Shown: positions 1 to 10,008 of the stretch, one piece after another
How positions within the stretch are numbered: the stretch's first letter is position 1
Layout of the letters: each line of letters starts with the position of its first letter
Assembly (NCBI GenBank): GCA_963817915.1
Contig: CAWFQL010000003.1
Location: forward strand, 32,001-96,000
Source: an uncultured candidate division Zixibacteria bacterium
GTDB lineage: Bacteria; Zixibacteria; MSB-5A5; UBA10806
Direction of reading: 5' to 3'
Length of the DNA: 64,000 nt
Translations under genes and position numbers: made by a program
Notes under the pieces: generated by a model
What the model was told of the DNA's origin: nothing
Databases searched by the model: none
The model's input: the letters and a program-made list of their open reading frames with translations, nothing else

Positions 1-898
1 CGACATATACCCACTGAGAATCGATAGCCAGTGAAGTGACTGTCAACGACGGTAGCGACGCGAAGTCGCCATAAGTAATAAATTCATCATCCGACTTCCT
101 ATAGAATATCACTCCATAATCGGTGCCGAGCCAGACATTATCGCCATCGCCGATAGCTGAGAAGAGGCGGGCCGACGCTAAGCCGTTGGTGTATTGCGGT
201 ACGAACCATTTCCATTTTTGGCCCTGTTTATCGAATCGGCTCAAGCCGGGAGCGGGACCATCGGGCAGGGAGGTTCCGGCCCAGAAATCACCGCCGACCC
301 TTACGATCATTGACACATTATTATCATGGATGCCGTATGGAAGCAACGTCAGGTCGCTATAACGAGTATTGATCATGACAGGTCCCATTCCCCAGGTACC
401 GACAAAAAGGTGATCGAAACCATCGGCGACTCCCTTGGTCATCTGGTATTGCTGCATCTGGGGATCCGTAATTATACCATCTTGATAAATATAGCCGAAC
501 TCGGTGTTCAAGATACTAATCGCCGAAGGATTGTAATCGTTGCGGGCAAGATTTGCGGGGAATTCGATAGCTGAATACCATCTCTGAAATGTCGGTTGAT
601 AATAGGCATTGCCAGCCGGCGTAGCGACCCAGATCTGGTCATTGCTGGGATCATAGGCAATATTATCGATTCGGGAATCCGGGAGACCATCGGTGATTGT
701 CATAGGATCGAGCCATTTATCGAAAAAACGGTCATAGCGAAGAACCCCGCCGGTAGTGCCGAAATAGACATTGTCCTGGTCAATCGCAACCGATGTCACA
801 TAGCGAAAGTCGCCGAAATTGACCCAATCGCCTTCCTTGAAATTGCCCGTATAATTTATTAAAAGTGAAATAATGACAATTTGGGATAGGACTACCAT
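1..898 (-). CDS. Secreted beta-propeller protein (two-component-regulator-propeller/PorZ-like); runs off the left edge; one-base frameshift near 846
   Basis: Read by hand on the minus strand: ATG at 898 gives MVVLSQIVIISLLINYTG. After a shift in a GGG run it continues QFQEGDWVNFGDFRYVTSVAIDQDNVYFGTTGGVLRYD...TITDGLPDSRIDNIAYDPSNDQIWVAT...LFVGTWGMG, which are typical propeller blades. Absent from the ORF track. Confidence 0.65.
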   Translation of the reverse strand, partial: MVVLSQIVIISLLINYTGNFKEGDWVNFGDFRYVTSVAIDQDNVYFGTTGGVLRYDRFFDKWLDPMTITDGLPDSRIDNIAYDPSNDQIWVATPAGNAYYQPTFQRWYSAIEFPANLARNDYNPSAISILNTEFGYIYQDGIITDPQMQQYQMTKGVADGFDHLFVGTWGMGPVMINTRYSDLTLLPYGIHDNNVSMIVRVGGDFWAGTSLPDGPAPGLSRFDKQGQKWKWFVPQYTNGLASARLFSAIGDGDNVWLGTDYGVIFYRKSDDEFITYGDFASLPSLTVTSLAIDSQWVYV

Positions 899-1028
899 AT
901 AGCTTAAGTATATTATACTCTCGACTTGAATCAAAGAAGAAAGTCAAAATTCGCAATTTAGAGATAAAATGATTTTACTGTTAAATATTCGCGAAGCCGG
1001 ATATCTGGGAATGTGACGCTACTGATCT

Positions 1029-3434
1029 TTACTTCAGCACAGTCATCTTTATAGATTCGTTCCTGCTGCCAGCGGTCACTTTCGCGAAATAGAGGCCCGA
1101 TGGGCATCCCGACGCATCCCAATCGATATAATGCGTGCCTGCGGCCTGTACGCCGTCAATGAGCGTGGCTACATGCTGACCAAGTATATTGTAAATCGAT
1201 AGCCTGATATTGCCCGCCTGCGTAATAGTGTAGCTGATCTTGGTCTGAGCATTGAAGGGGTTGGGGTAGTTCTGGGAAAGGATATATTTATTTGGATTAA
1301 GAATCGAATTATGGCCGCTGCTCGTGCGTATTGTTTTATTTAGCAATATTGAAACGCTATTTGACAAATTATTTGCAACCGCGATATCGATATCACTATC
1401 GCCATCAAAGTCTGCCGAGCAATGTGAGGTAGGGAAGTTACCAACGCCATAATTCTCAGGCGATCGAAATGTTCCATCGCCATTGTTTCTTAAAACCGAT
1501 ATATTTGCCATTCCGGAATTAGCGACGACAATATCAACATCACCATCACCATATATATCAACTGCTGATACAGAAGAAGGGAGGAAACCGGCCGGATAGT
1601 AGATTGGATCCTGAAATGTTCCGTCGCCGTTATTCTTCAAGACAAAAACACTACTGGCACCATCTTTTGCAAAAATCAAGTCAGAGTCCTGATCGCCGTC
1701 AATATCAGCCATACATAAAAAAGAGGTATTACCATAAATAATATAGTTGTTCGCAGGCTGAAAAGTCCCATTCCCATTGCCAATCAAAATAGAATATGTC
1801 GAAAACTGGCTATTCGAAGTTGCGATATCTTTATAGCCATCGCCATTGAGGTCTCCTATCGCAATCGACGAATGATAGCATCCTGTCTGGTACTGCGTGG
1901 CTTGCGCGAAGGTTCCGTTACCATTATTCATTAATACTTTGACGTCTATACCTCCGATTACAAGATCATCGGCCCCATCATCGTTGAGATCACCCACGCA
2001 TATGGACCAAGAATGCCCCGCATCTGGATAGTAAACAGGAGAACGAAACGTACCATCTCCGTTATTTCCGTAAACGCAAACACTATCCCCGGTAATTGCG
2101 AGATCGTTATGCCCATCGCGGTCAAAATCAGCGCCACAAATTTGATCAAGAAAACGACTGGCATAATAAGTCCCGAAAGCTTGAAAAGTTCCATTCCCAT
2201 TACTCTTGAATACTGAAAACATGCCATGTTCAGAGTCTGTTACAACGAGATCTTTGTGATTATCGTCATTGATATCAATCGCAAAAATGGAATTAGGTTT
2301 ATTGGTATCGTAACTAATCGCCGATTGGATTGCGCCATTGCCGCAGTTTCTGAAAATTGAAATATTGGAGGTGCTCCCATTAGTTACGGCCAAATCGGTA
2401 ATCCCATTTGATTCACGGTCAAATGCGCAAATAGAACTGGGGTTAATTCCGGCAATATATTCTATTGCAGAATCAAATGTTCCGTCGCCACGATTTTTAA
2501 AGGTCGAAACGTTGCCGGAAAATGACATGCTATCCACAGAACATGCTACTGCCAAGTCGATATGGCCATCCGGATCGATATCGGCGCAGGTGATAGATAC
2601 CGGCCTGTCCCGTACGGCATAATTGGCAGCGGGAAAAAATGTCCCGTCACCATGGTTTATTAATACCGAAATATTATTCGAAAATTTATTTGCGGATACT
2701 AGGTCAAGCTTATTGTCACCATTAAAATCAGCAGCAAAAACTGATACAGGATATTCATCAACCGCAAAAGTTTCGGGAGTTTGAAATGTTCCATTTCCAT
2801 AGTTTTTCATTATCGATATATTGTCGGCGGCCGCATTTGCTATCGCAATATCGTTATCGCCGTCATTATCAAAATCAGCCGAATACATCGACCAGGTATA
2901 AATACCCATATAGTTAGCCGTAATCTGAAATGTGCCATCACCGTTATTCTTTAAAATTGTGATACTATCACCAGCGACTGCCATGTCTTTATAGCCATCG
3001 CCATCTAAATCATTAAGAATTAAACATTGTGGATTGCGACATACTCCATAATTTATAGGCGCTTCAAAAATCCCGTTGCCATCATTTTTTAGAATCGAAA
3101 CATCAGAAGATTGCGCATTCGCTACAACAAGATCGACGTCATTATCGTTGTCAATATCAGTTGCGAAAACCGAGACGGGTGCACTATGTGCATTATAATT
3201 AACGGCGTCTTGAAACGATCCGTCTTCCCCTTTAATGAGGATCGATATGCTATTTTGACCCACATTGGCCAAAGCCAAATCTTCATAACCATCTCCATTA
3301 AGATCGGCGGCAACGACCGAAACTGGCATGCTTTGCACCCGAAAATCCATTCGAGTGTCAAAAAGTGGTTCGAAAGCAAAAGCTGAAAGAGATGATAAAA
3401 AAAGAAGACTCAAGTTTACAGTTAGATGTTTCAT
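1029..3434 (-). CDS. FG-GAP/VCBS repeat beta-propeller protein with T9SS type-A sorting domain
   Basis: Signal peptide; many DxNGDGxxDLAVAN...G(N/D)GTF repeats; C-terminal SQNYPNPFN...GLYFAK...KMTVLK. Confidence 0.9.
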   Translation of the reverse strand: MKHLTVNLSLLFLSSLSAFAFEPLFDTRMDFRVQSMPVSVVAADLNGDGYEDLALANVGQNSISILIKGEDGSFQDAVNYNAHSAPVSVFATDIDNDNDVDLVVANAQSSDVSILKNDGNGIFEAPINYGVCRNPQCLILNDLDGDGYKDMAVAGDSITILKNNGDGTFQITANYMGIYTWSMYSADFDNDGDNDIAIANAAADNISIMKNYGNGTFQTPETFAVDEYPVSVFAADFNGDNKLDLVSANKFSNNISVLINHGDGTFFPAANYAVRDRPVSITCADIDPDGHIDLAVACSVDSMSFSGNVSTFKNRGDGTFDSAIEYIAGINPSSICAFDRESNGITDLAVTNGSTSNISIFRNCGNGAIQSAISYDTNKPNSIFAIDINDDNHKDLVVTDSEHGMFSVFKSNGNGTFQAFGTYYASRFLDQICGADFDRDGHNDLAITGDSVCVYGNNGDGTFRSPVYYPDAGHSWSICVGDLNDDGADDLVIGGIDVKVLMNNGNGTFAQATQYQTGCYHSSIAIGDLNGDGYKDIATSNSQFSTYSILIGNGNGTFQPANNYIIYGNTSFLCMADIDGDQDSDLIFAKDGASSVFVLKNNGDGTFQDPIYYPAGFLPSSVSAVDIYGDGDVDIVVANSGMANISVLRNNGDGTFRSPENYGVGNFPTSHCSADFDGDSDIDIAVANNLSNSVSILLNKTIRTSSGHNSILNPNKYILSQNYPNPFNAQTKISYTITQAGNIRLSIYNILGQHVATLIDGVQAAGTHYIDWDASGCPSGLYFAKVTAGSRNESIKMTVLK

Positions 3435-3470
3435 TTGATACCTCGTTTTATTTGCAAAGTCATACGATTC

Positions 3471-5913
3471 CTACTTCATCAGCATCATCTTAATAGATTC
3501 GTTCCTGCTGCCGGCGGTCACCTTTGCGAAATATAGGCCTGATGGGCATCCAGACGCGTCCCAATCGATATAATGCGTGCCTGCGGCCTGCACGCCGTCT
3601 ATGAGCGTGGCGATATTTTGTCCTAAAATATTATAGATCGTGAGCCTTACATTCCCCGACTGAAGCAGAACATATTTAATTTTAGTCGTGGCATTGAAGG
3701 GGTTGGGGTAATTCTGAGAGAGAGAAATTTTCTGTGGTGTCTCGATTGTCTCATTTGGGGAATTTGTAGCAGTCAATTGATTTAACAATATCGAGATAGT
3801 ATTCGAACCGGAATTTGCAACTGCCAAATCGTTAATGCCATTACCGTCAAAATCCGAAACCGCTATCGACATCGGGGCGACACCCACTCCATAGCTTTCT
3901 ATCTCCTGGAATATCCCGTTTCCCTGATTTCTTAAAATCGCGATATTACTTGAAAAAGCGCTGGCCCCCGCGAGATCCGTAAATCCGTCGCCATTTATGT
4001 CCAATGCTACGATTGAAGTCATAATATTACCCATGCTATAAAAGGCAGGGCGTGTAAAAGAACCATGTCCGTTATTTATTAAAATGTCCGTAGTATATCC
4101 GTAGTTGTTCAGGTTGGCTATCGCTAAATCAATGCTTCTATTTTCATCGAAATCGGCGGCGCAGATGGAGCCCGCGCGGTCTATCGTAGAATAATTGCTC
4201 CTCCCAAAAAACGCACCATTGCCGCGATTGAACAGAATCGAAACATGATAATCGTCGTTATGGCCCACTACGATATCGTTATATCTATCACCGTTGAAAT
4301 CGGCGGCACAAATCGAAATGGGCCCCGCCTCCACGAAATAACCAACCCGTGCCTGAAACACAGCATTACCATCATTAGAGTAAACCGAGATGCTGTTGGA
4401 TCCTCTGTTTGTCACGGCTATATCAACATATCCATCATTATTAAAATCAGCACATACGACCGCGGATGGATCTGTACCCGTCCCATATCTGCCGTATTCT
4501 TGAAACGCTCCATTGCCATTATTGAGCAAAATCGAAATACTGTCCGAATTTCCATCTACATAAACCAAATCGACATAATTGTCTGCATCGAAATCGGCGG
4601 AGAAAATTGCAATCGGGCTGGCGTTCACGGCGTAGTTTACAGCCTGTTGAAATGATCCGTCGCCATTCCCGGTCAATATCGAAATGCTATTTGAATTCTT
4701 ATTCGCGACAGCCAAATCCGGGAATCCGTCCGAATTAAAATCAGCCGCGCGCATCGATATGGGATATGCCCCAACTTCATATTCCGGAGGTAACACGAAG
4801 GATCCATTGCCATTGCCGAAAAATACCGACAAACTATACGAACTTGTGTTAACTACTGCCAGATCATCGTTTCCATCCTGATCTAAGTCTGATGAATAAA
4901 TCGATTGCGGCTCGGATCCCGTGACAAGATTAATAGGCGCCTGAAAAGTTCCGTTGCCGTTGTTCTTCAGGATTGAAGCATTATTTGAGCCGGCATTAGC
5001 CGTGGCCAGGTCACTATGACCATCTCCATCATAATCAAATATGCAAATCGAAAACGGGTTGTATCCGGCAATATAGCTGACCGGCGATTGAAATGTGCCG
5101 TCCCCATTATTCATCAATACCGATATGTTATGGGAATTCCAATTTGCCGCGGCGAGATCTATATCACCGTCGCCATCGAGATCTCCGGCAGTGATAGCGT
5201 AGGGGTCATTGCCCGAGTTATAACCGATACTCGCCTGAAATGTCCCATTGCCATTATTTATTAGAATTGAGATATTGTTAGAATTCAGATTCGCGACGGC
5301 CAGGTCGATCGCGCCATCGGCATTGAAGTCGGCGGCGAAGACGTGATTGGGGATATTCACCAACAGTGTATCTAACTTGGGCCTGGAATGTCCCGTTACC
5401 GCTATTCTTGAAAATAGATACGCTGTTGGAGCCGGAATTGGCAACCGCCAGATCAATATGATTGTCTCCATCGAAATCAGCGGCAAAAACAGCGCGCGGG
5501 CCACCTCCGGCCACATAATCGATCGGAGGTTGAAAGGTTCCGTCGCCATCGTTCATCAGGATCGAGACGGTATTGGAACCGACATTCGCCACCGCCAGAT
5601 CGTTATCTCCGTCGCCATCGAGGTCACTCGCAAAAATTGACCAGGGAGCTCTGCCAGTCGTATAATTTGCAGCCGTCCGAAATGTGCGATTGCCATTATT
5701 TATAAAAATTGAGATTTCTTCAGCATGGCTATTCGCGACTGCCAAATCCTTGTAGCCATCCCCATTAAGGTCGGAGGCAAATACCATCCTGGGATCGCCC
5801 GAAGTCCGGTAATCAATTCGAGTTTCGAAAATTGGATCGAAGGCCATTGCTGGAATAGCTGAAAAGACTAAAATGCTGATTGCCAGAACAATTAATTTTG
5901 TTTTTCCCGGCAA
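3471..5913 (-). CDS. FG-GAP/VCBS repeat protein with T9SS sorting domain; +1 frameshift at GGGG 5349-5352
   Basis: ORFs 5278..5913 (signal peptide, FDPIFETRIDY) and 3471..5549 join as VGEYP|NHVFAADF if one base is removed. Paralog of 1029..3434. Confidence 0.85.
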
Positions 5914-5970
5914 GGCTCGCTGCCTTTCCTGAGTAGTTGTTACCAGATGTCAAAGATTCAATACCGATTA

Positions 5971-5999
5971 ATTTTAACATGTTTGTTTTTTTATGTCAA
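5971..5999 (-). promoter_or_regulatory. sigma70-type promoter (TTGACA-N17-TAAAAT, extended -10 TG)
   Basis: Minus strand reads TTGACA TAAAAAAACAAACATGT TAAAAT upstream of the FG-GAP pair. Confidence 0.6.
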
Positions 6000-6077
6000 G
6001 GGATTTTTGCTATGCGATTGATTAGAATGCGGATCAAGTTTTTGGAGTATAAACAACACACTATTTGTAAAAAAGAG

Positions 6078-6127
6078 TAATATTTTAGAAAGGATCCAGG
6101 AAGCAAGGGAGATATTATTTCATCAGC
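6078..6127. repeat. 50-bp direct repeat, copy 1 (T9SS gene 3' end plus promoter-like sequence)
   Basis: 42/50 identical to 7762..7811. Confidence 0.75.
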
Positions 6128-7732
6128 ATCATTTTTATATTTTGGATCTCATTAGCTGTAGTTAAGCGGGCGAAGTAGAGGCCGGAGGGACAGGCTGAAG
6201 CGTCCCAATTCTGAGAATAAACACCGGCGGGCTGAATGCCGTCAAATAGCGTGGTTATGTGCTGGCCGAGTAAATTATATATCGATAGCCTTATGTTGCC
6301 GGATCGCGGCAGGACATAGCTGATCTTGGTGGTGGCGTTGAAGGGGTTGGGGTAATTCTGGATTAATTTGAGCAATCTTGGCAGGGTCGGTATATCGTCA
6401 TCGACGGCGCTGAGCCTATCATAAAAAAATGCGCCCATATCGGCCCTGGTGCTGTCGGGATCAAGAGGCGATGAGGGATCACCGGAATCAATACAGGGAG
6501 ATTTGGTGAGATCATCTACCGGATAGTTGGCCCAAGTAAGATGATAATCATTATTGTCCGGATCGGCGAAGAGTGGGTCGGCATCGATATTCCCTATCCC
6601 CTGCCAGCCACCTTCGATATTGTTGTAGTCGATATGGGTAGTATCGCTAAACGCATAAACCTGAGGCCCCGATCCGGCATAATTGCCGCGGATAATATTG
6701 TTCTTCACGCCGCCTGTCATTGAGCCTATCAACGCTCCGCCTCCAATTGACGCACATAGATTATCTATTATTGTATTATTTATAAGGGAAGCGTTGCCGC
6801 CAATAGAAATCCCCCCCCCCCCCATATGAGTTTGTGAATGGCACAATGTTGCGTTTGAATAGATTATATGCCACCACATTTAGTGAAGATGTCGAATGTA
6901 CATTTACTCCCCCACCGTTATCCAACGCAATATTGTTTAAGAAAACGTTATTGGTTATTATCGAATTACAGCCGATAATTAGTGCCCCGCCTCCCGAATT
7001 GCCGCTAAAACAGTCATAAATTTTATTTCCGATCATCGTAAGATTTGTATTCCAGAGCGCCATAGCCCCTCCGAATTCGCCGCCAAGAGGATACCAAGTC
7101 GAATCAGTATAAAATATATTATCAATTATCGAAGTGGCCCCTCCGGCGCTATAAATCCCCGAGCCGCCAAAAGCACATTTGTTAAATGAAATATTGCAGT
7201 CCGAAACTGATAAAGTACAACCGCTGGCATAAACGGCGCCTCCGCAGCCTTCACGAGCATAATTGTGGATAAAAGAACTATTATTTATGCTAAATGACGA
7301 ATTGTAACCATATACCGCACCGCCGTTATAATCAATATAAGCGCCGTCGGCTCCGCTTGCCCTGCCCCATTCAAATACACAGTAAGATATCTGACAGCCC
7401 TCGCCGGAATTAAGAAATTTCAATCCATGCCAACCCTGATTATTATTACTGGCAGTAAAATATATGGAATCGCCCCGATTCCCAATGGCCTGAAGTGAAG
7501 CAGAGGTATCTACGATAAATCTGTAATACCCCTGAAAGATAATCCGGCATCCCGGCTGGATTATAAGAGTGGAGTTAGGAGGCACTCTCAAATTTCCGAC
7601 AACCTCTATCGGATTCATCGATGAATCCCAGGTTCCCCAACAGTCACCAGCAATCTGAATGGCATAGGAGTAGCCAATGGGATAAACGGCGAAAAGCATC
7701 AATATTCCAGCCAATATGAGCTTTCGAGACAT
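6115..7732 (-). CDS. Right-handed parallel beta-helix (GGA(I/V)-repeat) protein with T9SS sorting domain; frameshift in a G13 tract at 6811-6823
   Basis: ORFs 6776..7783 and 6115..6879 join as SYGGGGISIGG with 12 G. Motifs GGAVY, GNIDADPLF...SPCIDSGDP...RADMGA, QNYPNPFN. RBS AAGGAG precedes ATG 7732. Confidence 0.8.
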
Positions 7733-7761
7733 AAACAAGACTCCTTTGTAAATATCGCAAT

Positions 7762-7811
7762 TAATATAATACATAGGCTCCAAGATGCAAGGGAAATATT
7801 ATTTCATCAGC
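7762..7811. repeat. 50-bp direct repeat, copy 2 (orphan CTG ATG AAA TAA plus promoter)
   Basis: 42/50 identical to 6078..6127; contains TTGCAT...TATATT on the minus strand upstream of ATG 7732. Confidence 0.75.
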
Positions 7812-7973
7812 TCGGACCCCCTTGAAATCCTTAAAGTGCTCTCAAAATACTATATGCATATTAGCCTATTATTCCATCCCGTCAATACTACTAATATGCG
7901 CATACAATGCGTATCCGCACATACGCAATGCGCCAGACCATGAAATTTTCATGTCATTAAGCTCTTATAGGTG

Positions 7974-8052
7974 TTGACATTGAATCCTTTAATTATTAAA
8001 TTCCCATATCGTTGGCCTGAATTATCCGTGAATCGGAGGCGACGGTTTTTTT
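7974..8052 (+). promoter_or_regulatory. sigma70 promoter followed immediately by a terminator-like leader hairpin
   Basis: TTGACA-N17-TAAATT (7974-8002), then hairpin ATCGTT-G-GCCT...AGGC-GACGGT plus T7. Confidence 0.5.
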
Positions 8053-8086
8053 ATGCCCGAAAATCCTATGGTGAGAGGTAAATGAT

Positions 8087-8569
8087 ATGAATATCGATGA
8101 AAAATTCATGGCAGAAGCTGTAGCAGAGGCTCGAATGGGATTGGAAGAGGGCGAAGTCCCTATCGGAGCAGTTGCAGTCCGGCATGGTAATATTATCGCT
8201 CGCGGGCATAATCGCCGCAACGCCTGGTCCGATATCACCGCGCACGCCGAAATGGTCTGCCTGGCCGATCTATCATCGAGAACATTCGATTTCAATCTAT
8301 CCGATGTTACAATCTATTCCACCCTCGAGCCGTGCGCCATGTGCACCGGCGCCATGATTCATTACAGGGTGGGACGGGTCGTCTATGGTGAATTTGACCC
8401 ACTGGCCGGAGCTTGCGGCTCGAAATTCAAATTTCACGAAATCGCGGGGCTGGCAGTCGAAAGCGGAGTTTATCGCCAGGAATGCCGCCAGATTTTGCTC
8501 GATTATTTTGAATCGCAACTCGGTGTGAAATCAACCAAATGGAAAGATATTGAACTGCCTTTGGAATAA
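8087..8569 (+). CDS. tadA: Zn-dependent nucleoside/tRNA adenosine deaminase (TadA family)
   Basis: EVPIGAV, AHAE and TLEPCAMC motifs; DPLAGACGS. Confidence 0.75.
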   Translation: MNIDEKFMAEAVAEARMGLEEGEVPIGAVAVRHGNIIARGHNRRNAWSDITAHAEMVCLADLSSRTFDFNLSDVTIYSTLEPCAMCTGAMIHYRVGRVVYGEFDPLAGACGSKFKFHEIAGLAVESGVYRQECRQILLDYFESQLGVKSTKWKDIELPLE

Positions 8570-8719
8570 ACCGGCCTCGTGCTCGGCAGAAATCATTTTT
8601 AATTCTAAAAAAATTGATATAGAATTGCTCAGGATTGAGTGGCAATCGATGGTTCGATTAGTCGAGCCGCTGACGGTTTTGGATTCGCTAAATTTCATTT
8701 TCGATAGAAAGGGATAACG

Positions 8720-9997
8720 ATGCAAAGGTTTATCGGCATTTTAGGCATGGCAATCATGTTCGGTATTATTTATTTGCTATCATCCAACCGAAAGGCGATT
8801 CGCTGGCGTACCGTCGCCTGGGGATATGGGCTTCAATTTATCTTCGCGCTAATAGTACTGAAGACTCAGCCGGGCGAATGGTTCTTCCTGCAATGCAATA
8901 ATATCATTATCTCGATATTAAGCTGCGCTCAGCAGGGTGCGGCCTTTGTTTTCGGAAATCTCGTAAATCGGTTCGTCGATGTCGGTAATGTCGATTCAAT
9001 CGGCAATTTCACGTCATTCAATGGCCTTGTGACCAATAATGGCATGGCGATATTCGCATTTTCGGTATTGCCAACTATCATCTTTTTCTCGGCTTTGATG
9101 AGCATATTATATCATTACGGCGTGATGCAAAGACTGATAAAATTAATCGCGATGGCCATGTCTAAGACTATGAAGACCTCAGGAGCAGAATCGCTTTCCG
9201 CGGCATCCAATATTTTTGTGGGACAGACCGAAGCGCCCCTGGTTGTAAGACCTTATCTCAATAAAATGACAATGTCCGAATTGAATGCCATCATGGTCGG
9301 GGGTTTCGCTACAATCGCCGGGGGCGTAATGGCGGCTTATGTCGGGCTATTAAAAGACTCGATCCCGAATATCGCCGGACATCTGCTGTCGGCTTCCATT
9401 ATGTCTGCTCCGGCAGCGTTGATGATGGCTAAGGTAATGCGCCCTGAAGTCGACGATGCCGAAACCGCCGGGACTCATAAAATTCCCATAAATAAAGTCA
9501 ATCAGAATGGTATCGATGCCGCCGCTGCGGGTGCAGGAGACGGGCTAAAATTAGCTCTCAATGTTGGTGCGATGCTGATCGCATTTATAGGGCTTATCGC
9601 ACTAGTTAATCTTGTACTGGGACTTATTAATAAAGATTTGTCATTGGCCTTAGTTTTCGGCCATGCCTTGTCGCCATTGGCCTGGGCAATGGGGATTCCC
9701 TGGGCCGACGCGTCCAAGTTTGGTGATCTGCTGGGAACTCAGGTAATGATTAACGAATTCGTTTCGTATTCCAAATTACAGGCCTACGCTCCCCAGATGA
9801 CTGAGCGCGCGGCAATATTGGCAACATATGCGCTTTGCGGATTTTCGAATCTTAGTTCGGTTGGAATTCAGATCGGCGGCATCTCAGCCCTGGCACCGGA
9901 TAGACGGGGCGATCTTTCGAAATTAGGCTTGCGAGCCATGCTCTGCGGTGCCTTCGCCAGCTGGACCACCTGCTGTATCGCAGGGATTTTGCTATAG
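8720..9997 (+). CDS. nupC: Na+/H+ nucleoside cotransporter (CNT/NupC family)
   Basis: FVGQTEAP, GGFATIAG, NEFVSY and YALCGFSN motifs. Confidence 0.9.
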   Translation: MQRFIGILGMAIMFGIIYLLSSNRKAIRWRTVAWGYGLQFIFALIVLKTQPGEWFFLQCNNIIISILSCAQQGAAFVFGNLVNRFVDVGNVDSIGNFTSFNGLVTNNGMAIFAFSVLPTIIFFSALMSILYHYGVMQRLIKLIAMAMSKTMKTSGAESLSAASNIFVGQTEAPLVVRPYLNKMTMSELNAIMVGGFATIAGGVMAAYVGLLKDSIPNIAGHLLSASIMSAPAALMMAKVMRPEVDDAETAGTHKIPINKVNQNGIDAAAAGAGDGLKLALNVGAMLIAFIGLIALVNLVLGLINKDLSLALVFGHALSPLAWAMGIPWADASKFGDLLGTQVMINEFVSYSKLQAYAPQMTERAAILATYALCGFSNLSSVGIQIGGISALAPDRRGDLSKLGLRAMLCGAFASWTTCCIAGILL

Positions 9998-10008
9998 GGA
10001 GTAAATAC

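Noticed and set aside
123..862. Plus-strand ORFs 123..362, 326..574 and 596..862
   Set aside because: Antisense shadows of the minus-strand propeller gene.
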